From Camelus ferus (lineage: Eukaryota): DNA of 64,000 bases. The notes beneath the pieces were generated by a model, which made no database searches, was not told the DNA's origin, and worked only from the letters and a program-made list of their open reading frames with translations. Position 1 is the first letter of the stretch, and every line of letters starts with the position of its first letter. Shown here piece after piece: positions 1 to 12,390 of the stretch. Position numbers and translations under genes: made by a program. The stretch is taken from contig NC_045697.1 in assembly GCF_009834535.1 (NCBI RefSeq), positions 81,346,001 through 81,410,000 on the forward strand. Reading direction: 5' to 3'.

Positions 1-639
1 TATTAGCCTTATTAAACTTTTGCTTCTTGTTGAGTTTCACATACTTTCGTAATTGATGGAATGTTTTTTTAAAAATTCAGTAATTACATTTATCCCTCTG
101 TAAGTTCATTATGCTAAGTCCATCGTTCCAGCCAACCGAGTGATGATTTGGAATACAACTTCTCACACCCACCAATTTGTGAGAATGAGATAGGGGACCA
201 GTTCTTCTGTTGCTTGAGTTTAAATAATAGCATTAACTTTCAGGCACTAGAAAAAAAATACAATAATTTGAGATAATCTACTCACACACTACTTGTTAAA
301 TACCTTGGAATGTAAAAAGTAGAAGTAAAGTTGAGAATTACATTTTCTAAAACACATTGATCTTTCCATTTTACAGGGAAAGTAACAGTAAACCATGTGT
401 CATACCCCAAACTCTACCAGACAATTTCACAGAATCAAGGAGAATAATCAAAAGGCGGAGTCAAAATTCAGCTTGTCAGCTTGCATATTACAAAGAGTTG
501 CTAGTCCTCATTACATTTTGTCTACAAAATGAAGCAATGTTCTTACTTTGGCATATAGTCTATGGTAAATAGACTTTCTGAGTCTCAGTTTATCAGAACT
601 GTACTTCCTGATCAGCTCTCTAGCTTTCACCTACACCCT

Positions 640-800
640 TGAACCTAGCACCTTGTTCATCTCATAGAACAAAACAGCCTCACTACAGGGTCTTCATTTG
701 TTTACTCCCTTTCTTCTCCCACCAGAATGCAAGTCTCCTGAGAGCTGTTTTGTTCAGTCTCGTATTTTCAACGGTGCCATGTTAAAAATAATATGTATAT
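640..800 (+). mobile_element. L2 LINE 3' fragment (old)
   Basis: CCCACCAGAATGCAAGTCTCCTGAGAGC...TTTTGTTCAGTCTCGTAT resembles the L2 3' terminal region. Confidence 0.5.
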
Positions 801-1067
801 TTATTATTTTTATCACTATGAACATTACTGAACAAAAATGATAAGCTGTTTTTTTTCTGTTTAAAGTGAAAAATATGTCCAGATGGAGAAAGAGAATAAC
901 CTAAATACTAAATTGAGTTAAACTTCGACTGACCAATTTAGGCATCTTTTCCGTGGTTATTAAAAAAGTGCCCTATTTCAAGGAAAGCGGCTTCACAAAC
1001 TGAGATCATCAGGAAACATAATAGTTGAAATGAATTAATAAGTGTAATTTTATTGCCTGGGTTTGAC

Positions 1068-1116
1068 TTTATGTATTATTTACTATGTATTATGTATTAT
1101 TATGTATTATAGTATG
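1068..1116. repeat. Degenerate (TATTATG)n simple repeat
   Basis: Repeated TATGTATTAT units are directly visible. Confidence 0.7.
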
Positions 1117-2001
1117 TGAAATCTCAATTGGATTGACATAACTATTTGTGAAAGACTGGTTGGGAAACAAATGAAATTTAATTCAAATTCTAATTATTCA
1201 TTTGCACTTTAGAGTAATGAATAGAATTAAGACTTTTATATGCGTTCACAGGAGCATATGCATTTCTGCATCTGTTTCCTTTTCCTGTATTAATCTTTAA
1301 TGTCGCTATATTTATTTCTGAGGTTTAAATTATTTTTATGTAGGCGTGAAAGACTATTCAGTACATCAAGAAGAAGAACTCTTTCGAGATGTCTGATGAA
1401 ATATGACAAATTCTGTGGATCAGCAGTCTACAATTGAATTTCTGATTCAGGAATGGAGTCAAGCCAGAGCATCTTAATGTGCAAAATAGCTTTCTCTTCT
1501 CTCTTTTTCTTCCATTAGCACATGGCAGTCGGCCTTTAGGCTGCATATGAATGTTACTATGTTTAAACTATTAAATATAAAAATGATTTATGGGGGTTTA
1601 AAATACCAGCATAAAGATTATTTCCATTTATTGTTATTTTATTTTTGCCACTAAGCTGCATTTGCTGCATGAAAAAATTTCCACTGGCGATGAAAGGGAA
1701 GCATATGGAAAGAGAGCAAAAGATTCCACTTAAAGAATTTAGTCAATTAAATGGAAATTCATAGGTAGGAGAACAGGTACTATTTTAAGGTGAACATCAC
1801 TACTTCTCTGACATGAATTTCCCATCCTATCTTACCTTTCTTTTATTGTTTCGCGTATCTTACCCCCTTTTTCTGTGCCTTTTTCCCCACCCATTCCCAT
1901 GTTCTGACCTGGCCTTCAGATGAATAATACCTGATGTATTAACACGAGTGCTGTGCTCCTGGACTTTGCACGACAGCCTCTGAGCTGAAGTGGCAAAAGT
2001 C

Positions 2002-2213
2002 AAGAGAGAGGAGAAAGGAGGGAATGAGGAAGGAAGGGTGGGAGGGAGACAGGGAGAGAGGAAGGAAGGAAAGAAAGAAAGGAAGAAGTGGGGAGAGAGA
2101 AAAGAGGGGGGCCAAGAAGAAAGGAGGAGAAGGGAAGGGAAGAGAGAGGAAGAAAAAGGAAAGAAGAAGGAAAAGGAGGAAAAGAAAAGGAGAAAAAAGT
2201 GGGGAAAAAGAGA
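2002..2213 (+). repeat. Polypurine (GA-rich) low-complexity tract
   Basis: About 210 nt of almost only G/A. It explains the K/E/R/G-rich ORFs at 1990-2306. Confidence 0.95.
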
Positions 2214-5200
2214 TTAAGGAAGCATTTCTACATTTACTTTTTGTGTGAACGCATGTGCCCAGCTTTCAACTTCCATAAAGTTATGATGGAAAATCCATTG
2301 CATTAAAGACTATTAATGAGGAGGTTAAATATTTGAAATCAAGCACAACACAGCTTCATCTGATGGTAGAAGGTCCAAAGTGGGGAAAATTCTCTTAATC
2401 TGGGGAAAGAGAAGAAGTGTTTTTGTTGTGTGTGTGCACGTGGTGTGTGTTAGCTTGTTAAAAGTTGCCTTCCTATCAAACTCTTTAAATATTGAAAACA
2501 ATAATTTCTAAGAAGTGTGAAAATTGAGTTTGACACAGAAGTTTTTATTCTAGAACTTAACAGAATATTCAGTTTTGTTTTCTCAAAATCTCCTGAGTAT
2601 ATCACACCAAATTAAGTTCTCAAGCATTCAAACACAATCTTTTTTAACTCCTTCATTTCTTCTCAAGTTTCCTTAATTCCAATTACTTAATCATGATTAT
2701 CACTTCATATTTATAAAGTATCAAATATATCTCCTGAAAAAATATTTTTAAGGTGGTCTATAGATGCTAATTTCCTTAGTGAGTCAGTTTAAAGCCAACA
2801 TTTAGTTTGTCTTATGTAGGCTATTTTATCATAGTCTGTCATGGTCTGAATTATATGGATATTTTGACTACAGAGAAATTATAAGATGGCAAAGGAAATG
2901 AATAGATCAGTTTATATCTGCAAACATTTTCACCAGTAGGAATGAATAACGTGTTACTATTCACATTCTTAAAAATCTATTTGTTTTGAAATGCTCAAAG
3001 CCATTGATAGGTTTGGATTTCATCATCAGACTGTTTTGGCTTTGGGGAAAAATCTGTTATCAATTCAATATTATTCTAAAAGAAATTTTAGACTTGTCAA
3101 CTCTAGAATGTGATAGCATTCCTTAGAAAACTGAGATAAAGAAAGCTTGGAAATAAGACTGTATTTATAAAAGTTCTGTACTGCAATTGACACTTCTGAT
3201 GTCTAAAGTTTGCTCAAAATAACTAAAAAAAAAGTCCATTTGACACTCCCTGTAACAGTATAGCTGAAAATTTCCTGAAGTGTTAAAGAAAAGGTTGACT
3301 AAATGTTATTCCCGGATGGCTGAAGGCAGCAGCATTATGTCTGCCACCCGACCCACTTCTCTCACTTCATAAACTTAAAATAAATTCACAGACAACATGG
3401 TTTCCCTTTTTCCTAGTTATTTGGAATACATAATGGATGAGAGTAGCTTTCTCTTTTGTTGTCTAGCTTCACAAGACATACACTACCTCAGTTTTAGCAT
3501 GTCTACTTCTGTAAATTTTGCTAGGCCAGTTACTTTCAGAAAATCTTCACACTTCTTTTGGGCTTGTATCCACGTGTGGCATTTCTGACCACTCTGTCAT
3601 CTCCAAGGTAATGGTTAGGCGATGCAGCTCATCTCTGTCTCTTTCTGCTCCTAAGTATAAACTGTATTTTAGAAGAGTTTCAGCTATACTATTTACATTT
3701 TTCATTAGAGCAACCTTTAATAAAGAAGAAAACTTTGCTATCTTAAAATTGTATTCTATTCAGAAAAGATATGTGTTCCTTAAATATCCCACAGCTTGTA
3801 CTAGAGAGAAAAAAAGTACAACTTCAGGTCAGAATTTAAACATAATGCGTTATCAATGAATTTCAGCCCGTAAAGAATTAGCCTTCTGGGTGCACTGCTT
3901 CTCTGCCTTGGCTTCCAGCCAGGACTGATATTCTGGCTTTATTTTATAAGTTTCCCCAGCTGCTTCCCAAATCTGGGAATCTTCTAACACCAGCTAGAAT
4001 CTTCTGGTTTGAACAAAGCATGCTAAAACGCTTCTCTGTTTTTCTCCCTGAGTAGTTACTACTACATGAGGCACAGAAAGTTTGATCTTTGGATTTTATT
4101 CTCAGTGGTACATTTCCCGCTCAAACAGAATGTGCTAGAGGATCATATAAATGTTAGACCTATTAGGTACAAATATTTTACTGACTTAGAAGCATCTGAC
4201 TTAGAAGTATTTATTCGCATCTTTAAGAAATAAGGCTAGCATTTGGATTTGAATTAAGAAACTACACTCACTTAAGAATGATTTTTTTGGGGGGGAGCAG
4301 AATAGGTACAATAGTTTTAATACTCAGATAAAATATGAACGATTGTCCTTTTTTGAGTTGAATACATACATAAACATGCATTTTGATTTTGGTTATCAAA
4401 TATAAAAATTCCTAATTAGGATTTTTATGTATTTATATATAAAATAGTCTCCATTTACTTTCTTTTGGTATTTAAGGAAAATCACTTAAATGGACACATT
4501 TCTCAGATAATAACTTCAGCTGACAAAATGCAACTTGCATACATTAGCAAGTTTATAGAAAGTAAATACTAAAAATCCTTATGAAGTTTTCTCTCTTTTT
4601 ATTTAGGAATGATGCCTGAGTTTCTGAATTGCATTTATAGCCTCCCTCTAAGAGTGAATTTCATGTTATAGTTAGTAAGTCATACATATTATTATTTTTT
4701 CAAAGGATTTTCTAACCATCAATCTTAGTGCTGACCAACTGCCATTAAGATAGAGTTTAAAGGAAAAAAAAAAGATAATTTTGTTTAGTGTTCAGTTTCC
4801 AAAAATCTTCTCCACTAGCTTATCATGAGCCTTCTATCAATGTAGGTGCTGTGTGATATTGATCATTGTAAGATGAATATTCACAGGATTCCTTATTATA
4901 AAAATATCAATGATCTCAGCAGGTGTTAAATTTTCATTTTTGCACTGAGATAAATGTAACTGGTGAATATACTTTGCCTATTAATCATTCATTTTTTTAT
5001 AAATTCCAGTTTAAGACTTAGACTGTTTTAGTCAGTGGACCTTACATTCTTGACATACAGTTAGTTGCTTCATGAAAAACCATGACCAACACAGCACCTA
5101 CCTGGCATCAGGATATAGCTAACTGGAATATTTTAACTGAAGAAATTAAAATTATTCTTTTGATACAAAAAAAGGCCTTTTAAGTCTTTGTGGGAAAAAA

Positions 5201-5746
5201 TTATTGCCTCCTAGTTTTGAAGATATTCAACCAATTACAGCAACTTTTGTTTTCATCTATTTCCATTTGTGTCAACAAACTCACAGGATTTGAACCATGA
5301 AGTTGGTGAGAAAGTGCATAACTAAAATCGTTAAGAAAACACATCAATGTCTTTGTATGCAATTTCCTTCAAACATTTACGATCTTCAGTTGATGAAAAA
5401 TATTCTGATAGACACCGTGAAAGCAAGAAAAGCTGAGTTTGAAAAAAACATAATAAACTATAAACTACTGAAACTTTTTCAGAGCTATAGTAGAACTCAC
5501 AGTATAACCTATTATAATGAACAAAATATATCATCACTTGAAAGTACTCTTGATAGTAACTGAAAAATACAGCATCTTATTAATCAGGACAAATTACAAG
5601 GAAAATACAGCTTTAAAGTCCCCTCCCCCCCTTTTTTTTCAGCTTTCTCTATCAGAGGTATTGGAAGAGCTGAATGAAAACCATATTTGAATAACATTTC
5701 TTATTTTCCAACTTATTCTGTTCATGAGGAATTTGGAAGTACTTAC

Positions 5747-5844
5747 AGGTATAACACACAGCTGTTTTTGTCCTCCTGGGAATCCGTGCTTAGGGCTTAT
5801 AGCATATATTGTTCTAAAAATTTATTTTTCTTTCCTAATAGGAC
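5747..5844 (-). other. LRRN3: Candidate non-coding 5'UTR exon 2 (98 nt, probably alternative)
   Basis: Minus-strand acceptor GCTTTCCTACTAG|G (AG at 5846-5845) and donor CCT|GTAAGT (5746-5741), ~570 nt downstream of exon 1. The gene assignment is from recall. Confidence 0.45.
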
Positions 5845-6413
5845 CTAGTAGGAAAGCATCTATTTTTTTAACAGCAATTTATGACTGTATCATACGATTT
5901 CAAATGTCTGTGACAGCTGTTTCTCCAAAGCAGACCATTAGGACAGAGCGTGGCTATAAATCTCAGGTCCCAAAGAGAGAAGTTCCCATCTCTAGTAATT
6001 TGAATGCCATGTTATCAGTAACACTTCTCAGGCAAACATTTATAACCCCACAGTTTTGCTGTTGAGTTTGGAATGCCGGCATTTTCAATACAAAAAGGCT
6101 AAAACTGTTATCAAGTGAGATGTTTATTATGCAAATTTTCCAGCAACAGTTTACAAATATTTCAAGTTCCTTTTTTTCAGGCAGGACTGTATTTTCCATT
6201 TACAGTGCAAATATAACTTCTACAAAGCATAAAATGACAGGTAAGCACACGTATGCTGAAAAGGGACACCGCATTTGATTTAAAAAAATACCTGCTTCTA
6301 CATAAATCTTTCACAAATAAAACTTTATTGTGATCAACTTGTTTACATAGCTAAGCAGCATATATTCATTTAATGTACATACCTTAGTTTCAGCAAATTA
6401 AGCAATAACTTAC

Positions 6414-6870
6414 CTAGAGAAGCATTTCAATTTTTTTTTTCTTTTCCTAACTTGAATTTATCCCGAGTTAGAAAATGAGATATCCGGTATTCAGATTCAC
6501 TTGACTCCAGGTTAATTAGAAGGAGCTTTCCGTTCGTGCAATCTGCCTTAATATTCCGAGCGCACTCTTTAGCTCCAATCCTAGCATCTCAACTCTTCCA
6601 GCAGAGTCTCTTTTTATTTATACCCACATTGTCCTTTTCAAAACAAGCAGCCAGCTGGAATGATTCAAACCTCTGTTCAGCACACCGTTAAAATGCAGCT
6701 TCCTTCCTGGACACGAGAATTACACCAGGGAGCGGACCGAGTACAGAAAAAGGCTATGAGAACTATTTAATCACCGGAATACCAGCTGCTCCTGCTCTGC
6801 TGTTGCTGCTGCTGCTGTGCTGCTTGTTTAGCTGTGGTCGGTCTTTCCCTCCCTCCCTCTTTCTCTCACA
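6414..6870 (-). other. LRRN3: Non-coding first exon (5'UTR), recognised as LRRN3-like; TSS position approximate
   Basis: Strong donor TAG|GTAAGT (6413-6408), ~13 CpGs in ~440 nt against an AT-rich background, and CAG-rich and GA-rich leader segments. The sequence ...TTAACCTGGAGTCAAGTGAATCTGAATACCGGATATCTC...ATTGAAATGCTTCTCTAG matches my recollection of the LRRN3 mRNA leader (not database-verified). Confidence 0.6.
6785..6825 (-). repeat. Imperfect (CAG)n/(CTG)n tract in the leader exon
   Basis: GCTGCTCCTGCTCTGCTGTTGCTGCTGCTGCTGTGCTGC on the + strand. Confidence 0.8.
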
Positions 6871-7300
6871 TCTCCAGAACTATAAAGGCAGCTCTGCCGG
6901 ATTATGATTGGCAGAAACAGCCAATTCCTTCAGCTAATCATCCTCAAGACTTTCAAGGACCTGGAGCTCTTGTGATGTCATCCAGTCAGTGGGATGTTAC
7001 ACATGAATACGTTCCAACAGAAGCTAATTCAGCGATCAGCTGCATTCCTCTCACACCATGGTGATTGATTAGATGCTCCTTGAGGATTTGCATAATCTTT
7101 CATTGTACAGTTGGACTATTTCCCACGAAATTCGAGAGTAAAATTCCACTTTGCAGCTATGACACTATACTGAAAGATTCTCTCTTGTGTGAAAAAAGAA
7201 AAGTTCATGGCAAGGTTTTCTCCGGTAAATACGTGCCAGTCAAACCCATGAGTTATGAACTCAACAAAATCCAAAGATGAGCCATAGGAAACTTGGAGAA
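6871..7300 (-). promoter_or_regulatory. Proximal promoter of the minus-strand gene
   Basis: Inverted CCAAT pair (ATTGG 6907-6911, CCAAT 6921-6925), TATAAAG at 6881 on +, CAGCTG E-box at ~7037. Non-repetitive with retained CpGs. Confidence 0.55.
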
Positions 7301-10300
7301 ATATTAGTGACCTACACACTCCTGAAATTAATAATAATATTTTAGATCATAATAAATGTTGGAAGAAGAACAAAATGAGTAGGCATGTGTGTGTTTAGTG
7401 TATAAATGGTTTCATTAATTGAGGCAAATTACTGGATTATTATGGAAAAGTTCTCTTCTACTCCCAGGATGGACAAAAATTAATTGTCCCATGTCTCATT
7501 TTCTACTCAGCAGTACAGGATGAAAATTATCTGCTATTTGTTCTCTTCTAACTCATATTAACTCACAAAGATATTATAAATTGCATTTAATTACATTATG
7601 TAAAATTCTTTGAAACCTTTATTCAGATAAGTACAAGATGAAAGCAAAGGTATCAAGTGTATCTCCTCATTCCAGGGTGTCTGATTCCCTGGGTTTTTCT
7701 TGCTTTTGAATCTTCTTTAGCCTCCACCATTCAATTTAATGAGATAAACTGTGTTTATGACAATTTGACCCAAGACCCCTTATAGGCTAAAGAACAGAGC
7801 TGCAAACTTTCCTCAAACCCAGAGTTCTTTTCTGGTATTTTTGTGTCTTTGGTGAGAAAAAGTTCTGCTTGAGTTGCTGGGGTGGTGTCAGTGACCCTTT
7901 CAGTATGCTGCAGGTGGAGGAGATTATCCTTCGAAGCACAGGATTTATTGATGATGTGGTCTTTGGGTGAATAATTTTAAGGCACTCAGTCTTACTAGTG
8001 CTATTGTGCTGCACAAGGTTTTGAGGTTAAGCAATCTGTAGGCATATGCTAAGTAGAGGCTAGAAAAAAAAATCTAGTAAATTATGAAGAATATCTACCA
8101 GTTATTTCATAACCTAACAACACTATCACTACTAAATTGTGGATGATGTGTCAGTTATTTTTTTTCAGGTGCAAAAGCTAAAAGTTGCTAAAGGAAAACT
8201 TTGTATTTTGAAACCCCTCAGAGAAGAGTCAAAGAACTACTTACTACCTTTAAAGAATCTTCGGAAGGCAAAGATGTATTTGAAGATCAAGTCAGGATTT
8301 CCACAGTGATTCACATCAAAATTCAAAATGGATAAATAAATTGCAGTTAAATACTTTAATGATAGCTTAATAAAATAATTATTATTAGGCCAGCATTATG
8401 CCAAACACTAACTACTGAGAGGTAAAATAAATTTAAAAAATGCATTGAAGATTTTCCATTTTATGTAAGCACCCATATTAATGTCTTTTTATTTACTCAA
8501 GTTTAGTCATCATTTCTGCCTTACAAATACAAAATGAAAATAAACATAAACATTTTAAAATTACTAAAGTTCTTTATCCTATTGACATATTTATATCCTT
8601 AGCATTGGTGATAACCATAGCTGTTGTGAACTGATTACAAGTGAAAGTTGTCGGTAGGTTTTTTTATCCAATATTAGTCTATAAACAATGCTTGTAGCTA
8701 AAGCAACAGCATTATCATTTGGAGTGTAATAAATAATAAAGTGAAACCACTCTGACAATGTAAGTGTTATATACAACATTAATGGAAGATATTAACACAA
8801 AGTATTTTAAATTATCTGTTAAAGACAAACTTCAAAATAAAAAAACCCAAGTTTCTGAGTTCAATTTCCTAGCAGGAAAAGAAAAAAAAAAGCAATTTAC
8901 TGTTCATTTCTCATTCAGAAATAAAGTCTTGGCGACAGAGAGTCCTACCAGATATACCATGTATAAATGATGGAAACCAACTAAAAAGTGCTTTCTTTGC
9001 TACTCCTGGGGAAAGTTGGAGAAATTCATAGTGTCCATATTAAACAGTACAAATAAAATAATCCCCAAAATACCTTGAATGTTTATCTTATAATTTCCTT
9101 TGTATATTGTATTTTTATTAAAAAATTTATGTGAAAATTTTAATATTTATTATTTTAAAATCTGTTATGTTGGGGAAATTAAATGATCTTGAGTGTTGGA
9201 AAGAAGGAATGTGATATGCAAGAGAAGACAGGGAAGAATTATTTTCTCAAAGTGTTTTTTAATCAGTCAACTTGTGCTCCACGATTATAGGCCTTGCACT
9301 TAAGTTAGATATAGCATCTATCCAGTTAGCTTGTAATAATACACATTATGCAAAGCATTTGCCCACCTGCTCATAGTTGAATTCTATTATTTTTTGACAT
9401 CCTACAAAGTACAGTATAATTTTTTCTTTATCTATTTAGACATAGGTCCAGGTCCTGAGATATATACTAAGCCCTTAATGGATCTTTATTAAGTTGAATT
9501 GAATTTGTTGAACAAATAAAGTTTTGGTACTCTATATATTTTAATTCAATTGCTATCAAAAACTCTTTTAAAAGAAGAATGAGTTTCCTAGAAAATTCAA
9601 AAAATGAATCATATGCATGGTTTTGAAATTATAAAAAATAAAACTTTGAAAATAGTCCATAATACACATTTAAAATGTATACAGAGCATATAAAGAATAT
9701 ATCAGTGCTTATTTATTCAGTAGAGGAAACAGGAAACAAAACCAAGACATATTTATTAAAGAAGAAACCCACTGTTTGATTTATGTGTCAATTCATTTTT
9801 ATATGGTAAAAGTCAGAGGGTAAGTATATCTACTAACAGAAATAACAGAAGAATTCAGAATAATTCAGCAAACTTAACAAGTGCTAAAATATCCATTCAT
9901 TATTTTTTTCTCATTAACTTCTTTTTTGTTAATTATTTTTAAAGGCAAGTTTTAAATCTATGCATGTACAATAAACAGAAATTTGCAAAGAAAATGCCAA
10001 AGAAATATTTACAAGTGCCTTGTCATTTCTAATTTTAAAACCCTTCACATGCATGTACAGATTATAAATAGTATAGTTTTAAATATGTATTTTTATTTTT
10101 CCAAGTTTCATTTCTCCTCCTTAATTCTACCATAGAAATGACAGTTTTGAATATGTACAATTTAAATACTAATTTATCTTACAGTTTAAACTACTAAAGC
10201 TCATGCGTGCAGGATTTTTTACCATGGTGCCACTTTCTTTCCCCTTTCCTTATAAAGATTTTTTTTTTTAAATCATAAGCAACTTTCCAGTTGTCCCAAG

Positions 10301-11889
10301 TAACACAGAAAGGCTCTAACTCTTTTTTAAAGGAAAAAGCATGAATAAGAGAAACTGCTATGTTCAAAGTTAATGCCTTGAGGGGAAAAGCCTCTAATTG
10401 GGCTGTGGGTGACTAGTACAAAAACTTTTTTTTCAAAGGAAAAAAAAAAACTTCTGCTAGTAATTACTTAGAGAAAAAAAAAATGTGAGAAAGACAGAGC
10501 ATAAAGTCAGTTTAGCTCCACTGGAATCATATAAATGGTGAGAAAAATTAGTGACATGTATCATTAATTATATAAGAAGCACTCCAGTCTCAGACTTAAA
10601 TGTTACCTTATTACACATCTGGATCTCTTGTTAGCAAGTTATTGAGAGAGGGGCAAATGGGAACCACAGGTTGGATGAAAGAATCTTCTTGTAGTGCATT
10701 GTTTTAGCAAGAGAGAGATCAGCATGTTAATGCTTCAAATAAATCCTTTGAAGACGCAAAGCTTGAAAGGCCAAGTGAGGGAACAAACAGACTAAACAGA
10801 CCAATTCCAGTTTGGCTGACAACTGCCTAAAGGAACATGATTTTTAATAAATAGCAGATGTTGGCCAAGGCATTATTGAATCACAAAAATCTTTGTTGTA
10901 TAGCAAAGGGTGAGGGGAGGGAGGACACTAGAAATTCAATTTATGATTATTCCATGGTCTGATCCCTGTTATGAGAATTTCCCTTTTTGAGGCTAAATAA
11001 AAGTGGTTAGAGTTCATAAAGTACATTAATTAGGTCACATCTCCATTGGGAGTCTCTTACCCAAGGAGAATCTTTAAATACTGCAAAGTGCTTCAGTGTG
11101 AATGGGGTATCTACCATAGGGAGTTTCACTTTGCTTCTTCATTTCTTTCTTCTCTTTGTAATGTGTTTGCCAAAATTTCATTATGGTTTAATGGCAACTT
11201 TCCTTTTGAAATAAGCCTTACGAGTCAAGTCATTTTATATCCTGTAATTTAAAGTCTGAAGTGCTCAAAATGAGAAACCTACTTGTGGGCCAGAATCCTA
11301 GCATCACGAGGATAAATTTGTAAAAACCTCTTTTGTCCTAAAGGGTATTTTGTTTCATCTGTTAGCAAATTCCTTTTATCTTAGGTATCTCAATATCATT
11401 TGTTTTCTGTCTGTTCCAGTCCTTTGAGGAAAGGCATCTCATCTATGAGCTCCTCCTGCTAATGTTCTGATCAGCATGGGAAATCTTAGTGTCTCACCAA
11501 CCCTTCCTAAATCAGTTCTGTCCTGTTAGCTCCAATGCCTCACTCTAAATTACCATCACTCTGGGATAATTCACCAGACAGTCTCACTCCTTCTCCTATT
11601 TGGTTTCAGTATAGTGGTGTGTGTGTTGGGGGCAGGGATTGAGAGGGTGAGTTGTGAGCAATGGTATAAGCATATGACGTTTGAAAGCTAGCCAGCCATG
11701 GTTGAAAGTCTCCCTTATGCTTGAGAGGTGATACAAATAAACATATGAGATATATGACCAGGGTCAGCTTGTACTCCTCCTATAAGCCCAGAGGTGCCTT
11801 CTGTAACCACCTAGTAGTTAGGTATCCAGCACTATATTGCTATCATTACCTTTCTTAGAGAACCACACTAATTTTGAGTCCCCAGTCAT

Positions 11890-12057
11890 AGTCCAAGCAA
11901 TGAAGTCTTTGCTTTTTGAGAACAGATCATCTCCTCTCCATCTCCCCTTTTTTGAAAGTTATATCCTCAACACTTGGAGCAGTGTCATGGCATAAAGTAG
12001 ATATTTGTACTTTCTTTAAAAATTAAACTTATGAATGAATGAATGAATGAATGAATG
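11890..12057 (+). mobile_element. L2 3' end with (ATGA)n tail
   Basis: CTCAACACTTGGAGCAGTGTCATGGCATAAAGTAG followed by an ATGA/TGAA tandem tail at 12031-12057. Confidence 0.65.
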
Positions 12058-12212
12058 GTGGCAACTTAGGGTTAGGAAATGGGGAGAAGGGTGCACTAAC
12101 TAATATTTATATACAAATACATTTTCAATGAAATCGTTGCACCAGTTCTGTGTTCCACAAATAGATGCAACAACTCAATTCAAAATGAAGTCACAAAAAG
12201 GAGTTATAAAGT

Positions 12213-12390
12213 GGGGGGAGTATAGCTCAAGTGGTAGAGCATATGCTTAGAAAGCATGAGGTCCTGGGTTCAATCCCCAGTACCTCCTTTGAAAAAAAAA
12301 AGAAAAGTAAATAAACAAATAAACCTAATTACCTCCCCTCCCCAACATAAAAAAAAAATTAAAAAACAAAAAACAACAAAAAAACCAAAG
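12213..12390 (+). mobile_element. Camelid tRNA-derived SINE (Vic-1 type)
   Basis: A box TAGCTCAAGTGG, B box GGTTCAATCC, body AAATAAACCTAATTACCTCCCC and an A-rich tail. TSD AGGAGTTATAAAG (12199-12211) / AGGCGTTATAAAG (12391-12403). Confidence 0.9.

Noticed and set aside
1990..2306. K/E/R/G-rich ORFs
   Set aside because: Translations of a polypurine low-complexity tract.
5963..6199. 78-aa minus-strand ORF near the promoter
   Set aside because: No recognisable homology and no convincing flanking splice sites; it lies in the presumed intron.
6676..6700. REST/RE1-like site TTCAGCAC
   Set aside because: Only the left half-site is present; the GGACAG right half is absent.
10907..10925. Possible G-quadruplex
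   Set aside because: Only three G3 runs.
12213..12287. Functional tRNA gene
   Set aside because: It is followed by a SINE body, A-tail and TSD, so it is a SINE head. The same applies to 41625-41696.
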